Below, in pieces: positions 31,000 through 40,253 of a DNA stretch of 64,000 nucleotides. The notes under the pieces are model-generated. The model searched no databases and was not told the origin of the DNA. It saw nothing but the letters and a program-made list of their open reading frames with translations. The position numbers were made by a program, and so were the translations under genes. Position 1 is the stretch's first letter. Each line of letters begins with the position of its first letter. Origin of the DNA: an uncultured delta proteobacterium (GTDB taxonomy: Bacteria; Desulfobacterota; RBG-13-43-22); NCBI GenBank assembly GCA_963790475.1, contig CAWBOS010000012.1, forward strand, positions 640,001 to 704,000. The letters run 5' to 3'.

Positions 31000-31991
31000 T
31001 GAAACGTTTTTCAGATATTTTTGTATCGGTTTTAATCGTCGTTAACAATAACGCTGATCTGATCGAAGGCTTTATTGCCGAGACCAGCAAAGTGCTGGTT
31101 GATTTTTTTGAATACTATGAACTACTGATTGTGGATAACGGCTCCATTGATGAAAGTTCCGATAAGATCCAGGCCCTCCAAAAAAAAATCCCCAATATCC
31201 GTCTGCTCCGTTTGTCACGGGTTTATGAAAAAGAAATCGCCATAGCAGCCTCTTTGGATAACAGTATCGGCGATTATGTGATCATCATGGATGTACATTG
31301 TGATCCGCCAGACTTGATCCCCCAGATGATCCAACTGGCCATTTCAGGATACGACGTAGTCATTGCCGAACAGACCGATCGAGGTCAGGATTCCTGGATA
31401 GAAACCTCCCTGAGGAAGGTTTTCTACAAACTGGCCAGCCGTATCTTGGGACAAGCCTTGCAACCCCAGGCTTCCTATTATCGGGTCCTCAGCCGCCGGG
31501 TGGTGAACTCTCTGACTCAGATCAAAAACAAAAGCCGATATTTTAAATATTTTATTGCCATGGTGGGCTTTCGTCAAGTTCATGTCCCGTACCAACGGGT
31601 CTATCGCTGTTCCCAACAGACCGGGAAATACACCTTTTTTCAATCGGCAGGCATTGCCCTGGATATCATTTTGTCCAATTCGGCCCGTCCGTTACGATGG
31701 GCCGCTCGGCTGGGTCTGGTAGCCAGCTTTATCAATCTGGCTTATTTCGGCTATATTTTCGTGGTCACCCTGGTCAAACAAAACATCGCCGAAGGTTGGT
31801 TGACCACTAACGTGATGACTACTTTGATGTTTTTTTTCCTCTTCCTAATCTTGATTGTTTTATCGGAATACGTTGCCCGTATCCTGGAAGAAACCAAAGA
31901 CCGCCCTCTATATTTTATTGATTATGAAATGGATAGTCCAGTTATGTCCTATAAACAAGAAACGACCAATGATCGTCTGAATGTGGTTTAA
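30999..31991 (+). CDS. GT2 polyprenol-phosphate glycosyltransferase (GtrB/ArnC-like)
   Basis: ELLIVDNGSID, RLSR, GDYVIIMDVHCDPP, two C-terminal TMs and EYVARILEETKDRPLYFI. Confidence 0.85.
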   Translation: MKRFSDIFVSVLIVVNNNADLIEGFIAETSKVLVDFFEYYELLIVDNGSIDESSDKIQALQKKIPNIRLLRLSRVYEKEIAIAASLDNSIGDYVIIMDVHCDPPDLIPQMIQLAISGYDVVIAEQTDRGQDSWIETSLRKVFYKLASRILGQALQPQASYYRVLSRRVVNSLTQIKNKSRYFKYFIAMVGFRQVHVPYQRVYRCSQQTGKYTFFQSAGIALDIILSNSARPLRWAARLGLVASFINLAYFGYIFVVTLVKQNIAEGWLTTNVMTTLMFFFLFLILIVLSEYVARILEETKDRPLYFIDYEMDSPVMSYKQETTNDRLNVV

Positions 31992-32017
31992 CTGAGTGCG
32001 AAAACAAGGAGCACCTT

Positions 32018-32785
32018 ATGACTACAGCATTGATTGGACATACCGGTTTTGTTGGAAGTGCACTTCTGCGCCAAACTCAATTCGATGAATTATATCATTC
32101 GGCTAACATCCGTGAAATCCGCGGTCGATCTTTTGGTCTGGTCGTTTGTGCCGGGGCCCCGGCAGCCAAATGGCTGGCCAATCAGGAACCGGAAAAAGAT
32201 CAGGCCAATCTTCAAACTCTGATAGACTCCCTCGAGGAGGTTTCGGCTGACCGTTTTGTCCTCATTTCAACCGTCGATGTTTACCGGATGCCGCCGGCTG
32301 CTTATGAGGATACATTAGTTGATCCCCTTATCCTTGATCCTTATGGCCGTCATCGATTTTATTTAGAAGAATTTGTCCGACGTCATTTTAAAGATTCAGT
32401 GGTCGTTCGTCTACCGGGCCTGTTCGGCCAGGGGTTGAAAAAAAATTTCATCTATGACCTGATCCATGATAACCGTCCGGATTTAACGCACCGGGACAGT
32501 ATCTTTCAATTTTACGATATAGAGAATCTTTGGACAGATATCCAAAGGGTTTTAGAGAGAAAACTGCCCTTGATCAACCTGGGAACCGAACCGGTAAAAG
32601 CGTCAGACGTGGCCCGGTTGTGCTTCGGAGTGGAATTTAAAAACAAAACCGAAAAGCCCCCAGCGCTTTATGATATGCGAACCCGTTTTGCCCATCTTTT
32701 TGATTTAAACGGAGACTACCTCTATTCGGCCGAAGAAACCTTTGAGCGCATCCGCCGTTATGCTGGAACCCAGAGGAAGTCATGA
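32018..32785 (+). CDS. NAD(P)-dependent epimerase/oxidoreductase (extended SDR-like)
   Basis: ALIGHTGFVGS, LISTVDVY, PYGRHR, RLPGLFG; AGGAG RBS. Confidence 0.85.
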   Translation: MTTALIGHTGFVGSALLRQTQFDELYHSANIREIRGRSFGLVVCAGAPAAKWLANQEPEKDQANLQTLIDSLEEVSADRFVLISTVDVYRMPPAAYEDTLVDPLILDPYGRHRFYLEEFVRRHFKDSVVVRLPGLFGQGLKKNFIYDLIHDNRPDLTHRDSIFQFYDIENLWTDIQRVLERKLPLINLGTEPVKASDVARLCFGVEFKNKTEKPPALYDMRTRFAHLFDLNGDYLYSAEETFERIRRYAGTQRKS

Positions 32786-33606
32786 AGTCTATGAAAATAT
32801 CCATTTCCAATATTGCCTGGGACCAACCTGAGGAAGAAACTGTGGCTCAAATTTTAAAAGAGAGGAATATCCCTGGAGTGGAAATCGCACCCACCAAAAT
32901 ATGGACCTCTCCCTTAGAGGCTGATCCGGAAAGCCTTTCCGCCTATCGCCGTTTTTGGGAGGACCAGGGTGTCGAGATCGTTGCTCTTCAGGCCCTTTTA
33001 TTCGGGCGACCGGAGTTGACCCTCTTTGAAAGCCAAGAAAAACGGGAACAAGCCTACCAATACCTTTCACAGATTATTCGATTGGCTTCGGCCCTGGGGG
33101 CTAAGGTCCTGGTTTTCGGCTCTCCGAAAAACCGCTTGGTTGGAGATCGAGATCCCCGAAAGGTCATGGAGGAAGCGGTGGATTTTTTCGGCCGGCTGGG
33201 AGAAGTGGCCTTTGCTCATCAAACCCGATTCTGTATTGAACCCAACGCGGCCGTTTATGGGTGTGATTTTATTCGTACCGCTCGGGAAGGACAAGCCCTG
33301 GTCAAACGGGTGGACCATCCGGGATTTGGCCTTCATTTGGATGCCGGGATAATGACACTTAATGGGGAAGAGATTGAACCGGTTTTGGAGGAGTGTATGG
33401 AAACCATGGCCCATTTCCATATCAGCGAACCCCACCTGGGCCTGATTGGAGAGGGTACGACCGATCACAACCGGATTGCTGGCCATTTGCGGAAAATCGG
33501 TTATCAGGGCTGGGTGTCCATCGAAATGCGAAACGGCCTCAAGTCCGCCAACCCGGATTCGGTGCGGCAGGCCCTTGACTTTGTCATCCAAAGATATGGA
33601 CAATAA
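32782..33606 (+). CDS. Sugar phosphate isomerase/epimerase (xylose-isomerase-like TIM barrel)
   Basis: ISNIAW, GVEIAP, VLVFGSPKNR; metal-ligand motifs CIEPN, LHLDAG, HFHISEP, SIEM. Confidence 0.85.
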   Translation: MKSMKISISNIAWDQPEEETVAQILKERNIPGVEIAPTKIWTSPLEADPESLSAYRRFWEDQGVEIVALQALLFGRPELTLFESQEKREQAYQYLSQIIRLASALGAKVLVFGSPKNRLVGDRDPRKVMEEAVDFFGRLGEVAFAHQTRFCIEPNAAVYGCDFIRTAREGQALVKRVDHPGFGLHLDAGIMTLNGEEIEPVLEECMETMAHFHISEPHLGLIGEGTTDHNRIAGHLRKIGYQGWVSIEMRNGLKSANPDSVRQALDFVIQRYGQ

Positions 33607-34426
33607 ATTGTCAGTGGAGGAAGTTGCGACTGAAACCGCATGGCAAATCCCCTCGGCTGAAATTATTGAACTGAGCCCCCGCCGCAGCCTTTACGCCGTT
33701 TGCATCCCGGTTATCAATGAAGGCGAGCGATTGAAAGAACAATTGGCTGAAATGAAGACCCGGAGGATTGACGGGCAAGCGGACATCCTGATTTTGGATG
33801 GAGGAAGTACCGATGGCTCAGTAGACCGGGAGTTTTTGAGTTCTCAAGGAGTCCGTACTCTGTTGGTCAAAACCGGACCCGGTCGATTGGGTGCACAATT
33901 GCGTATGGGGTATGCCTACGCTTTAATCCAGGGGTACAAAGGGGTCATAACCATTGACGGCAACAATAAAGACGGGGTGGAGGCCATTCCGGATTTCGTG
34001 CGTGAACTTGAGAACGGATATGATTTTGTGCAAGGTTCCAGGTATGTTCCAGGCGGCCAAGCCATCAATACCCCTTGGAGCCGGTATCTGGCCATCAAAT
34101 GGATTCATGTGCCCCTGATCAGCTTGGCGGCTGGATTTCATTACACCGATACCACCAATGGGTTTCGAGGATACAGCCGTCGTCTTTTGCTCAATCCCGA
34201 TGTTCAACCCTTCCGCGATATTTTTGGCGGGTATGAACTTTTGTTTTATTTGTCGGTTCGAGCTCCGCGGACCGGCCACCGGGTAAAGGAGATCCCTGTG
34301 GTCAGACGATATCCCGGACAGGGTCAAATGCCGACAAAAATAAGTCATTTCAGAGGGAACTGGGATCTCATTCTAATGCTCATAAAAGTTATCCTTGGGA
34401 AGTTTAAACCCATAGGAATCATCTGA
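33596..34426 (+). CDS. GT2 DPM-synthase-like polyprenol-phosphate glycosyltransferase
   Basis: CIPVINEG, DGGSTDGS, TIDGNNKD, VQGSRY, TDTTNGFRGYS. Start placed at ATG 33596, overlapping the upstream gene end. Confidence 0.85.
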   Translation: MDNKLSVEEVATETAWQIPSAEIIELSPRRSLYAVCIPVINEGERLKEQLAEMKTRRIDGQADILILDGGSTDGSVDREFLSSQGVRTLLVKTGPGRLGAQLRMGYAYALIQGYKGVITIDGNNKDGVEAIPDFVRELENGYDFVQGSRYVPGGQAINTPWSRYLAIKWIHVPLISLAAGFHYTDTTNGFRGYSRRLLLNPDVQPFRDIFGGYELLFYLSVRAPRTGHRVKEIPVVRRYPGQGQMPTKISHFRGNWDLILMLIKVILGKFKPIGII

Positions 34427-34477
34427 ACGGTATCTAAAATAAGGACCCCTGGCCGGAGACCTTCCATCGGAAATCAA

Positions 34478-34621
34478 TAGGGTCTCTTGCAAAACTCAGA
34501 AAGACCTTTACCTTGCTCCGCCATCTGCATAATAAATTCCAGCAGGGGGCCGGAACTATCCCAAGCAACCGGCATTCGGCTTTCGCCGAAATGAAACCAA
34601 AAGCCTTTTCAAAGAGGCTTA
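34478..34621. repeat. MITE/REP-like palindromic element (degenerate)
   Basis: Imperfect terminal IR tagggtctcttgcaaaac / cttttcaaagaggctta; internal hairpin cattcggctttcgccgaaatg. Confidence 0.45.
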
Positions 34622-34819
34622 TGGATAAGGTATTTTTTGTATCAAGAATAGAAAAAATTAAAGATAATTTTAAAATTGATTGACATTTGTCCCGACAAAA
34701 ATGGTTTGGTTATTATAGGGGGACAATCCCCGAAAAGAAGCCCCCCATCTATTGCAAGCCCATTTATCTTAATCTCGAGATTACTATGAGACCTTTAATA
34801 AGAATCGACAGGAGCGTGA

Positions 34820-34856
34820 AACTTGGTAAAGGGAGGAAATCTCCCTTTACCAGGTT
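34820..34856. terminator. Probable intrinsic terminator between convergent genes
   Basis: 12-bp perfect stem tggtaaagggag-gaaat-ctccctttacca, 37 nt past the stop of the minus-strand lipoprotein. Confidence 0.6.
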
Positions 34857-34892
34857 CCTTTTAATATGGATAAGCCTTTCCCGACCCGAAAC

Positions 34893-35267
34893 TTAGGCGC
34901 GAGAATAGGTATAATCGAAGCCATGGTTATTTATGGTGATAGTGTTGTTGTTATTACTAAAGGTGATGGGAAATCCCTCAGTAACACCGCTATCAAATGT
35001 ACAGGTCAATACGCCGTTAGCTATACTACCGTTGGTGAAGCCGGCTCCCCAGGATCCAGTGCCGTCGGCTCTAAAAACAAGCGGGCCGGTACCAAGGGGG
35101 CCGCCGGTCTGGTTCCAGGTCCCCACCAATTTCTGGGTGTCTGTTTGGGTGGCGGGGGGAGGAGTAGAGGTGCTTCCTCCGCTACTGGATCCTCCGCTGC
35201 TGCAACCCATCATCCCCACGATTAAAACCAAAGTCAGTAATGCCAATAAAATCCTTCTGTTTTTCAT
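34893..35267 (-). CDS. Small lipoprotein with Ser/Gly/Thr-rich tether and a lipocalin-like beta domain
   Basis: GAGGAGG RBS; MKNRRILLALLTLVLIVGMMG-C then SSGGSSSGGSTSTPPPATQTDTQKLVGTW. Confidence 0.8.
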   Translation of the reverse strand: MKNRRILLALLTLVLIVGMMGCSSGGSSSGGSTSTPPPATQTDTQKLVGTWNQTGGPLGTGPLVFRADGTGSWGAGFTNGSIANGVLTCTFDSGVTEGFPITFSNNNNTITINNHGFDYTYSRA

Positions 35268-35343
35268 CCTAAACTTCCTCCTCTTTTCTTTTTTATCCGA
35301 TCTTCCCAGGATAAAGGCAACTGTTAATTGGTTAGCTTTCCCC

Positions 35344-35516
35344 AATGACCTGCTAGCAACCCTGGAGTCAGGATTTATTTTGTATCCCTTGAGTTTCATC
35401 CAAAAACAACGACTCCGGCATTCCGACGAAAACCGGGGTGACGGAACGGAAGGAAAGACTGCCTCCTGCTTAGGGGGGATTCCGGTTTTTGCCAGACCTT
35501 TTGCAAGGTCCTCATT
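35344..35516. repeat. MITE/REP-like palindromic element (degenerate)
   Basis: Imperfect IR aatgacctgctagcaa / ttgcaaggtcctcatt. Internal aaaccggggtgacg is reverse-similar to cgtcacgccggtaa in the 39172 element. Confidence 0.35.
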
Positions 35517-35643
35517 AATGAATTGCCAAACCGCCAACTATCCTCGTTTTTCTTATTTCATCCTCCTTTCCTTTTAGGCCCATCTGGCCCATTGATTTTC
35601 AACATAGGAATAAATGTATTTAATACATATTAACGTAATAATT

Positions 35644-35667
35644 AATAACTTATAAAATAACTTATAA
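35644..35667. repeat. Perfect 12-bp tandem direct repeat in an AT-rich divergent promoter region
   Basis: aataacttataa twice, at 35644-35655 and 35656-35667. Confidence 0.6.
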
Positions 35668-35817
35668 CTTTTATTAACAGTTTTGGCAAGGGAAAGTTGC
35701 CTGATGGTAGTGCCCGCTTTGAAGCAACTATTAGCCTGCACTTCTGATGGTTGCCTACATTACGGTACGCTTAATTTTAATGTTGAAAATAAGTATAATT
35801 CATTATAAGGTGCCGGC

Positions 35818-36309
35818 ATGCAATCAAAATCAAAATTGAACCGCCCTGGACGGCCGCCGAAATTTCATGAGCCGAGGCGTCCGATTACCATGACGCTGCC
35901 GGAACGCATTCTGGACCAACTGGCCGAGATTGATCCGGACCGAACTTGTGCCGTGGTCAAGGTCACGGAGGCTGTAGCGGGGACTGGCAAGGGCCACTTC
36001 AAGCCGGTGGAACTGGTCGAAATGGCTCCAGGGAAATCCCTGATTGTCGTCGGCCCGAGCAAAGTATTGAGAAAAATATCCTGGTTAAAACTGATCGAAA
36101 TTGCACGGACCCGTTATTTGTTGACCATTCCCTCAGGTACCTCGATCGAAGCCCTGGAAGTAGCCCTGCGCGACCTGTCCCTTAATCCGGAGTTGAAGAA
36201 AAATGAGCGCGAAAACACCATCCTGGATGAACTGTTGAACTTAATCAGCTATCAGCGGCGTACCCGGCGCCTGTCCAAAGCGGAAATCCTTATTATCGAT
36301 ACCGGCTGA
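35818..36309 (+). CDS. Hypothetical protein with putative N-terminal DNA-binding segment (AT-hook-like GRP plus RHH-like strand-helix)
   Basis: NRPGRPPKFHEPRRPITMTLPERILDQLAEIDPDR. Confidence 0.6.
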   Translation: MQSKSKLNRPGRPPKFHEPRRPITMTLPERILDQLAEIDPDRTCAVVKVTEAVAGTGKGHFKPVELVEMAPGKSLIVVGPSKVLRKISWLKLIEIARTRYLLTIPSGTSIEALEVALRDLSLNPELKKNERENTILDELLNLISYQRRTRRLSKAEILIIDTG

Positions 36310-36601
36310 TTGCCCGACCTTTCCATAATTCCTGCCAACAGTTATTTACCGTTAAGGCACAAGGCAGAACACTAATAGTGAGGCAGGATTGCTCAGCGCT
36401 AACTGAATAGAGGAAGCGCCGAGGGTCTTCTCTACTCTATCCGTCGTGAATAGATCAGGTTTCAGATAAAGAAAAACCTTCTTGCATGAGGATGTCTAAT
36501 CTTCTTTCCCGGCAACAATAGAAGCGGCATCAGAATAAAGATAATTGCAAATACCGTACTAATCGCCGGCCGGCCAAAAATGAACATAGGGTTTCCCTGG
36601 T

Positions 36602-39163
36602 TTAATCCATCGGAATAATCCGGACGGTATCCAAAATTAGAATTCCTTGGCCGGAGACTTTCAAGCGGACATCAACCGAAACTGGGTTTTCGACTTTAAT
36701 AATATGGGTTAGGGTGAAGGAAGGTTCTTTTCCAATTGGAAGGGACCTTTCTTCAATTTTATGGCCGGTGAATCCAATGATGAAATCGGCAATTGCCTCA
36801 ATCGAATTTTCAGCATCTCCTTTGAATACGATCTGATAATCGCCTTTTTTTAAATAAATATTGGTTAACTTGACGACCTCTAAAGGCGTTTTCTCCAAGT
36901 TCACTTTTACCCGGTAATGATGCGCCTTTGATTTTAAGGGTTCAGGGGAACCGGTAATCACAAAGGGATAGGCAGGGGTTTCTTTAAAATGCACCAGACT
37001 AAAGTAGTGCCGATAATGAATCGGCAGCCAATCATTATAATCCCAGACTCTTTCACTACGGTAATAATCCACATCAGGAAAGACATTCCATTGTCCTTGT
37101 TGGAGCATGAAAAAAAACCCGGGAAGGGTGATGGTAATAGAAATAATAATGAGAGCCCAACCGGCCAGGCGGGTCGAGAAATTTCTAATCTCAAGGAAAA
37201 AGTAAACACTAAATAAAACCAATATGGGGACCAATTCGCTCGAAAAGCGTGGTCCCACACAATAACCCCCATGCCAGTGCCCATATTTGGCATGGACCAG
37301 GAAAAAAAGCACAGCCGCCAGACCGAAAGTTATTGCCACGACAGAGCGTTTGGCCCAAAGGATTCCTCCTCCGATGATTCCCAGGACCAGAAAGGGAGAA
37401 AAAATCAGTAATCCTCGATTAGGAGAGAAAAGAGACCCCATTACCCCTTCAAGTAAAGGGGTGGTAAAATCATTCCCCGATGCCTGATAGCCATAACCCC
37501 CCAGGAGGGAATGGTACAACCCCAGGTTGACCCAGAGGGTTAAACCGATCCCTGGGAGAGACCACAAAAAAAATCGTAAAACCATTTTGGGTCTCAAGAT
37601 TGCTACCGAGGCCAAACCGGCCAGATAAAATAAAACCGTTTGCGTGCGCATCAGGGGGAGAAAGGCAAGAGGCAAGGCCGCTATGGGAAAAAATGAAGGA
37701 TCGTGCAATTGCCCTTTTGTCATAAAAAAAAGGCCCAAGCACAACAGAAGCACCGCCGGACCGTGCTGCCAGAGTTCTGCAGCCGATATGGTAACTTGGG
37801 TAGTGCCCAAGGCAAAAGCGGCTGTTAAAAGAAGGCTTAGCCAAAGTTTGCGGCTGATAAGAAAAACTATCTGATAGATAACGGCGGCTGAGAGGGAGGC
37901 TATCCAGACAGCCGTCACTTTTTGGTTCCAGGAAATCAGTTTGTGAATCGGCTCCGAAGACCAAATATATTGGATCAAGGCGGTTGGCAGGCCAAAAAAC
38001 CCCGGTCCCATAGGAAAAGTTGGGAGAAAGGCATTGCCTGTCTCGATGAATCCCCAACTTCCCTTAGCGGCTACATATTCCTTGGAGAAAAAAAGACCCT
38101 CTCCCTGGATAATCCGCCAGGGAAGAAGACCATTAAAGGTGGTATCGCCCCCGTAGCCGGAATGCCCATTGGCTAAGTAAATAACCAAAGTGGGTAAAAA
38201 AACAAACCAAATCGAAGACAGGAATAAATGCTTTCCTGGAGAAAACCATTCCTTCTTTCGCCAATACAACCCCATCGCTAAAATAAGATAGACCAGACCG
38301 GCCCATTTGGCGGTCTTAGTAAAATGGGTTTGGTAAATCAACTCCGGACCAAAATTCTTGACGGGGAGCCCAACACCCAAAACGGTCCCTATAAGAACAC
38401 CAAATGTTGCCATAATCAAGGCGACTAATAAGGGGATAAAAATACGTCGCCGAAAAAACCCGCTGGTTATAGCTAAAAGTAGGTATCCTGGAAAGGGAAT
38501 AAGCATCAGGGCTTCCCAAGAAAGTAAAAGATGTCTGTTTCCCAGTAACATGGCCACAGTTAAGATCAAGACGACCCAGGGGAAAAATAAAGGAATCCAC
38601 AGTGGCCACTGGGTAAGCCGACGAAGACCCCTTTTCCAAAAGAGAATTAATCCAGGGATAGGTAAAGCGGAGGCGATTGAAGTCAGAAGTATCGTGATCA
38701 GCATCGGGAAGGCTGGGAACGGATAGGGGGTAAGAAGGATGGCCAGACGTGGAGGACCGGTATTGATGGCTGAATAATTAGTCAGACTGTATCGTTGGAT
38801 GGCTAGTGCTTGATTAGTGGGGTTAAAAAGGGTCACCCTGGATGTAGGAATCTTATTGGTTTGGATACGAAAGAGGACTTCTTCTTGGTTGCAGGCGATC
38901 GGTTTTTCTCCGGTTTTATTGGGCTCAAGGGTGGCTCTCAGATCTCCGCAGTTTTTAAATGAATCAACCCTGAGTATGAGATCAAATCGGTTCCACCACA
39001 ACGGTAACCTATTCGTGTCCAAATATAATGGCTCACCGGCGGGCGCAAACCGGCTTGGTCCATCCAAATTCTTGGTTATATCCATGGGTCCCGTAAAAAA
39101 CAAAGATAGGGGAACAATGGCTGAAATCACAACCAAACAAAAGATCAGAAATTTTTTGTCCAT
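36602..39163 (-). CDS. GT-C glycosyltransferase with N-terminal extracytoplasmic domain and C-terminal beta-sandwich
   Basis: GDTTFNGLLPWRII, LWQHGP, LFSPNRGLLIFSP and WHGGYCVGPRF motifs, shared in pattern with 23896..26544. C-terminal YLKKGDYQIVF...LILDTVRI. Confidence 0.75.
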   Translation of the reverse strand: MDKKFLIFCLVVISAIVPLSLFFTGPMDITKNLDGPSRFAPAGEPLYLDTNRLPLWWNRFDLILRVDSFKNCGDLRATLEPNKTGEKPIACNQEEVLFRIQTNKIPTSRVTLFNPTNQALAIQRYSLTNYSAINTGPPRLAILLTPYPFPAFPMLITILLTSIASALPIPGLILFWKRGLRRLTQWPLWIPLFFPWVVLILTVAMLLGNRHLLLSWEALMLIPFPGYLLLAITSGFFRRRIFIPLLVALIMATFGVLIGTVLGVGLPVKNFGPELIYQTHFTKTAKWAGLVYLILAMGLYWRKKEWFSPGKHLFLSSIWFVFLPTLVIYLANGHSGYGGDTTFNGLLPWRIIQGEGLFFSKEYVAAKGSWGFIETGNAFLPTFPMGPGFFGLPTALIQYIWSSEPIHKLISWNQKVTAVWIASLSAAVIYQIVFLISRKLWLSLLLTAAFALGTTQVTISAAELWQHGPAVLLLCLGLFFMTKGQLHDPSFFPIAALPLAFLPLMRTQTVLFYLAGLASVAILRPKMVLRFFLWSLPGIGLTLWVNLGLYHSLLGGYGYQASGNDFTTPLLEGVMGSLFSPNRGLLIFSPFLVLGIIGGGILWAKRSVVAITFGLAAVLFFLVHAKYGHWHGGYCVGPRFSSELVPILVLFSVYFFLEIRNFSTRLAGWALIIISITITLPGFFFMLQQGQWNVFPDVDYYRSERVWDYNDWLPIHYRHYFSLVHFKETPAYPFVITGSPEPLKSKAHHYRVKVNLEKTPLEVVKLTNIYLKKGDYQIVFKGDAENSIEAIADFIIGFTGHKIEERSLPIGKEPSFTLTHIIKVENPVSVDVRLKVSGQGILILDTVRIIPMD

Positions 39164-39171
39164 CTCACCTT

Positions 39172-39317
39172 ATTGATAATATCTCAAAAAGTCGTCACGC
39201 CGGTAAAAACCGGTCCCGCCTAGGCGGGATGGATTCCGGCTGGAGTCTATCCCGCACTTGATGCGGGACCGGAATGACCCCCAAAGGTGGTTTCCGACTT
39301 TTGGCGAGCCCATCAAT
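39172..39317. repeat. MITE-like nested palindromic element
   Basis: Terminal IR attgataatatctcaaaaagtcg / cgacttttggcgagcccatcaat (17/23 match). Internal hairpins ccggtaaaaaccgg, tcccgcctaggcggga and tcccgcacttgatgcggga. Confidence 0.7.
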
Positions 39318-39462
39318 GTTAATTCGTTGAGGATAGGTAACAATCAGGATTTATAAATGGGAAGAGTATAGAATAGTGCTGGAACGAGGGTCAAGGATAA
39401 AACAGGGTTAGATCAAAAGGAAGATCCCGTCAGGGGAGAATCCCTTAAGCAGACCTTCCTTG

Positions 39463-40089
39463 TTATGATAAAACATAGGATCGGATCGCATTGGCATATA
39501 CCTGATATCCTGCTTCGTTCAGGTGGATGCCATCGGGAAGATAATAGTTCAAATTAATGATAGTAGATGAATCTTTAAACAGGCTGTAGATGGATATGAA
39601 TTTCACCCCCCTCATGTCACACAAGGATTGAATTTGATTATTCAAACTTTCGATAAGGGTATTAGAAAAATTATCTTTCACCGGGAGGATTGATATAATA
39701 AAAATTTTCGTTACCGGAGATACCGCCCTGATTTTGGCAATGATTAAATCAAGATCACTTACCACATACCCTTCATGACGGTTTAAAACATTATTCGCCC
39801 CAACCGAAATAAATATCTTATTGGGTTTGAAGGCGACATATCCTTCAATGTTATTTTTCAGCTCAGTGCTTTCTATACCTCCCACCGCTCGATTATCGAT
39901 GGGAATTCCGAAATAGGAACTCCAATTTCCGCGAGCAATCGTAGAAGCACCGGTAAAGACAATCTTTTGTTGGGATGAGGAGGTGTCCGTAGAACTCCCT
40001 CCGCTTTGCGTCGTTCCTGATCCGGAACTGCTGCAACCACCAAGCCCAACAACCAGCAGCAAGATCATCCACAGGGATAATTTATCCAT
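39463..40089 (-). CDS. SGNH/GDSL hydrolase lipoprotein with Ser/Gly/Thr-rich tether
   Basis: LVVGLGG-C then SSSGSGTTQSGGSSTDTSSS; blocks IVFTGAST, NRAVGG, GANN, DGIH. Confidence 0.85.
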   Translation of the reverse strand: MDKLSLWMILLLVVGLGGCSSSGSGTTQSGGSSTDTSSSQQKIVFTGASTIARGNWSSYFGIPIDNRAVGGIESTELKNNIEGYVAFKPNKIFISVGANNVLNRHEGYVVSDLDLIIAKIRAVSPVTKIFIISILPVKDNFSNTLIESLNNQIQSLCDMRGVKFISIYSLFKDSSTIINLNYYLPDGIHLNEAGYQVYANAIRSYVLS

Positions 40090-40253
40090 TGTGAATTAAT
40101 CCTAACTAATATTTGGTTGTACGAAAGGAATATAAAAAAGCGTTATTAATAACACACCCTCTTCCAGAAATGTCAAGAAAATTATCCAGAAAATATTTTT
40201 TTTGGACCAATAATTATTGACAAATATACCAGTTCATCTTTATAACTGCTTCC

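Noticed and set aside
34933-35577. 214-aa + strand ORF and the long N-terminal extension of the opposite-strand ORF
   Set aside because: Shadow frame of the lipoprotein. The real gene has an RBS and signal peptide at 35267, and the extension runs through a palindromic repeat.
35683-35760. Possible c-di-GMP riboswitch upstream of the 35818 gene
   Set aside because: The GGCAA...GTTGCC ends are suggestive, but the conserved GAAA tetraloop/GCAAA core of GEMM-I could not be matched by eye. An Infernal/Rfam scan would settle it.
17808-39535. Near-identical 3' gene segments as a DGR template/variable repeat pair
   Set aside because: Mismatches are not adenine-specific and are mostly synonymous third positions; no reverse transcriptase is present in the window.
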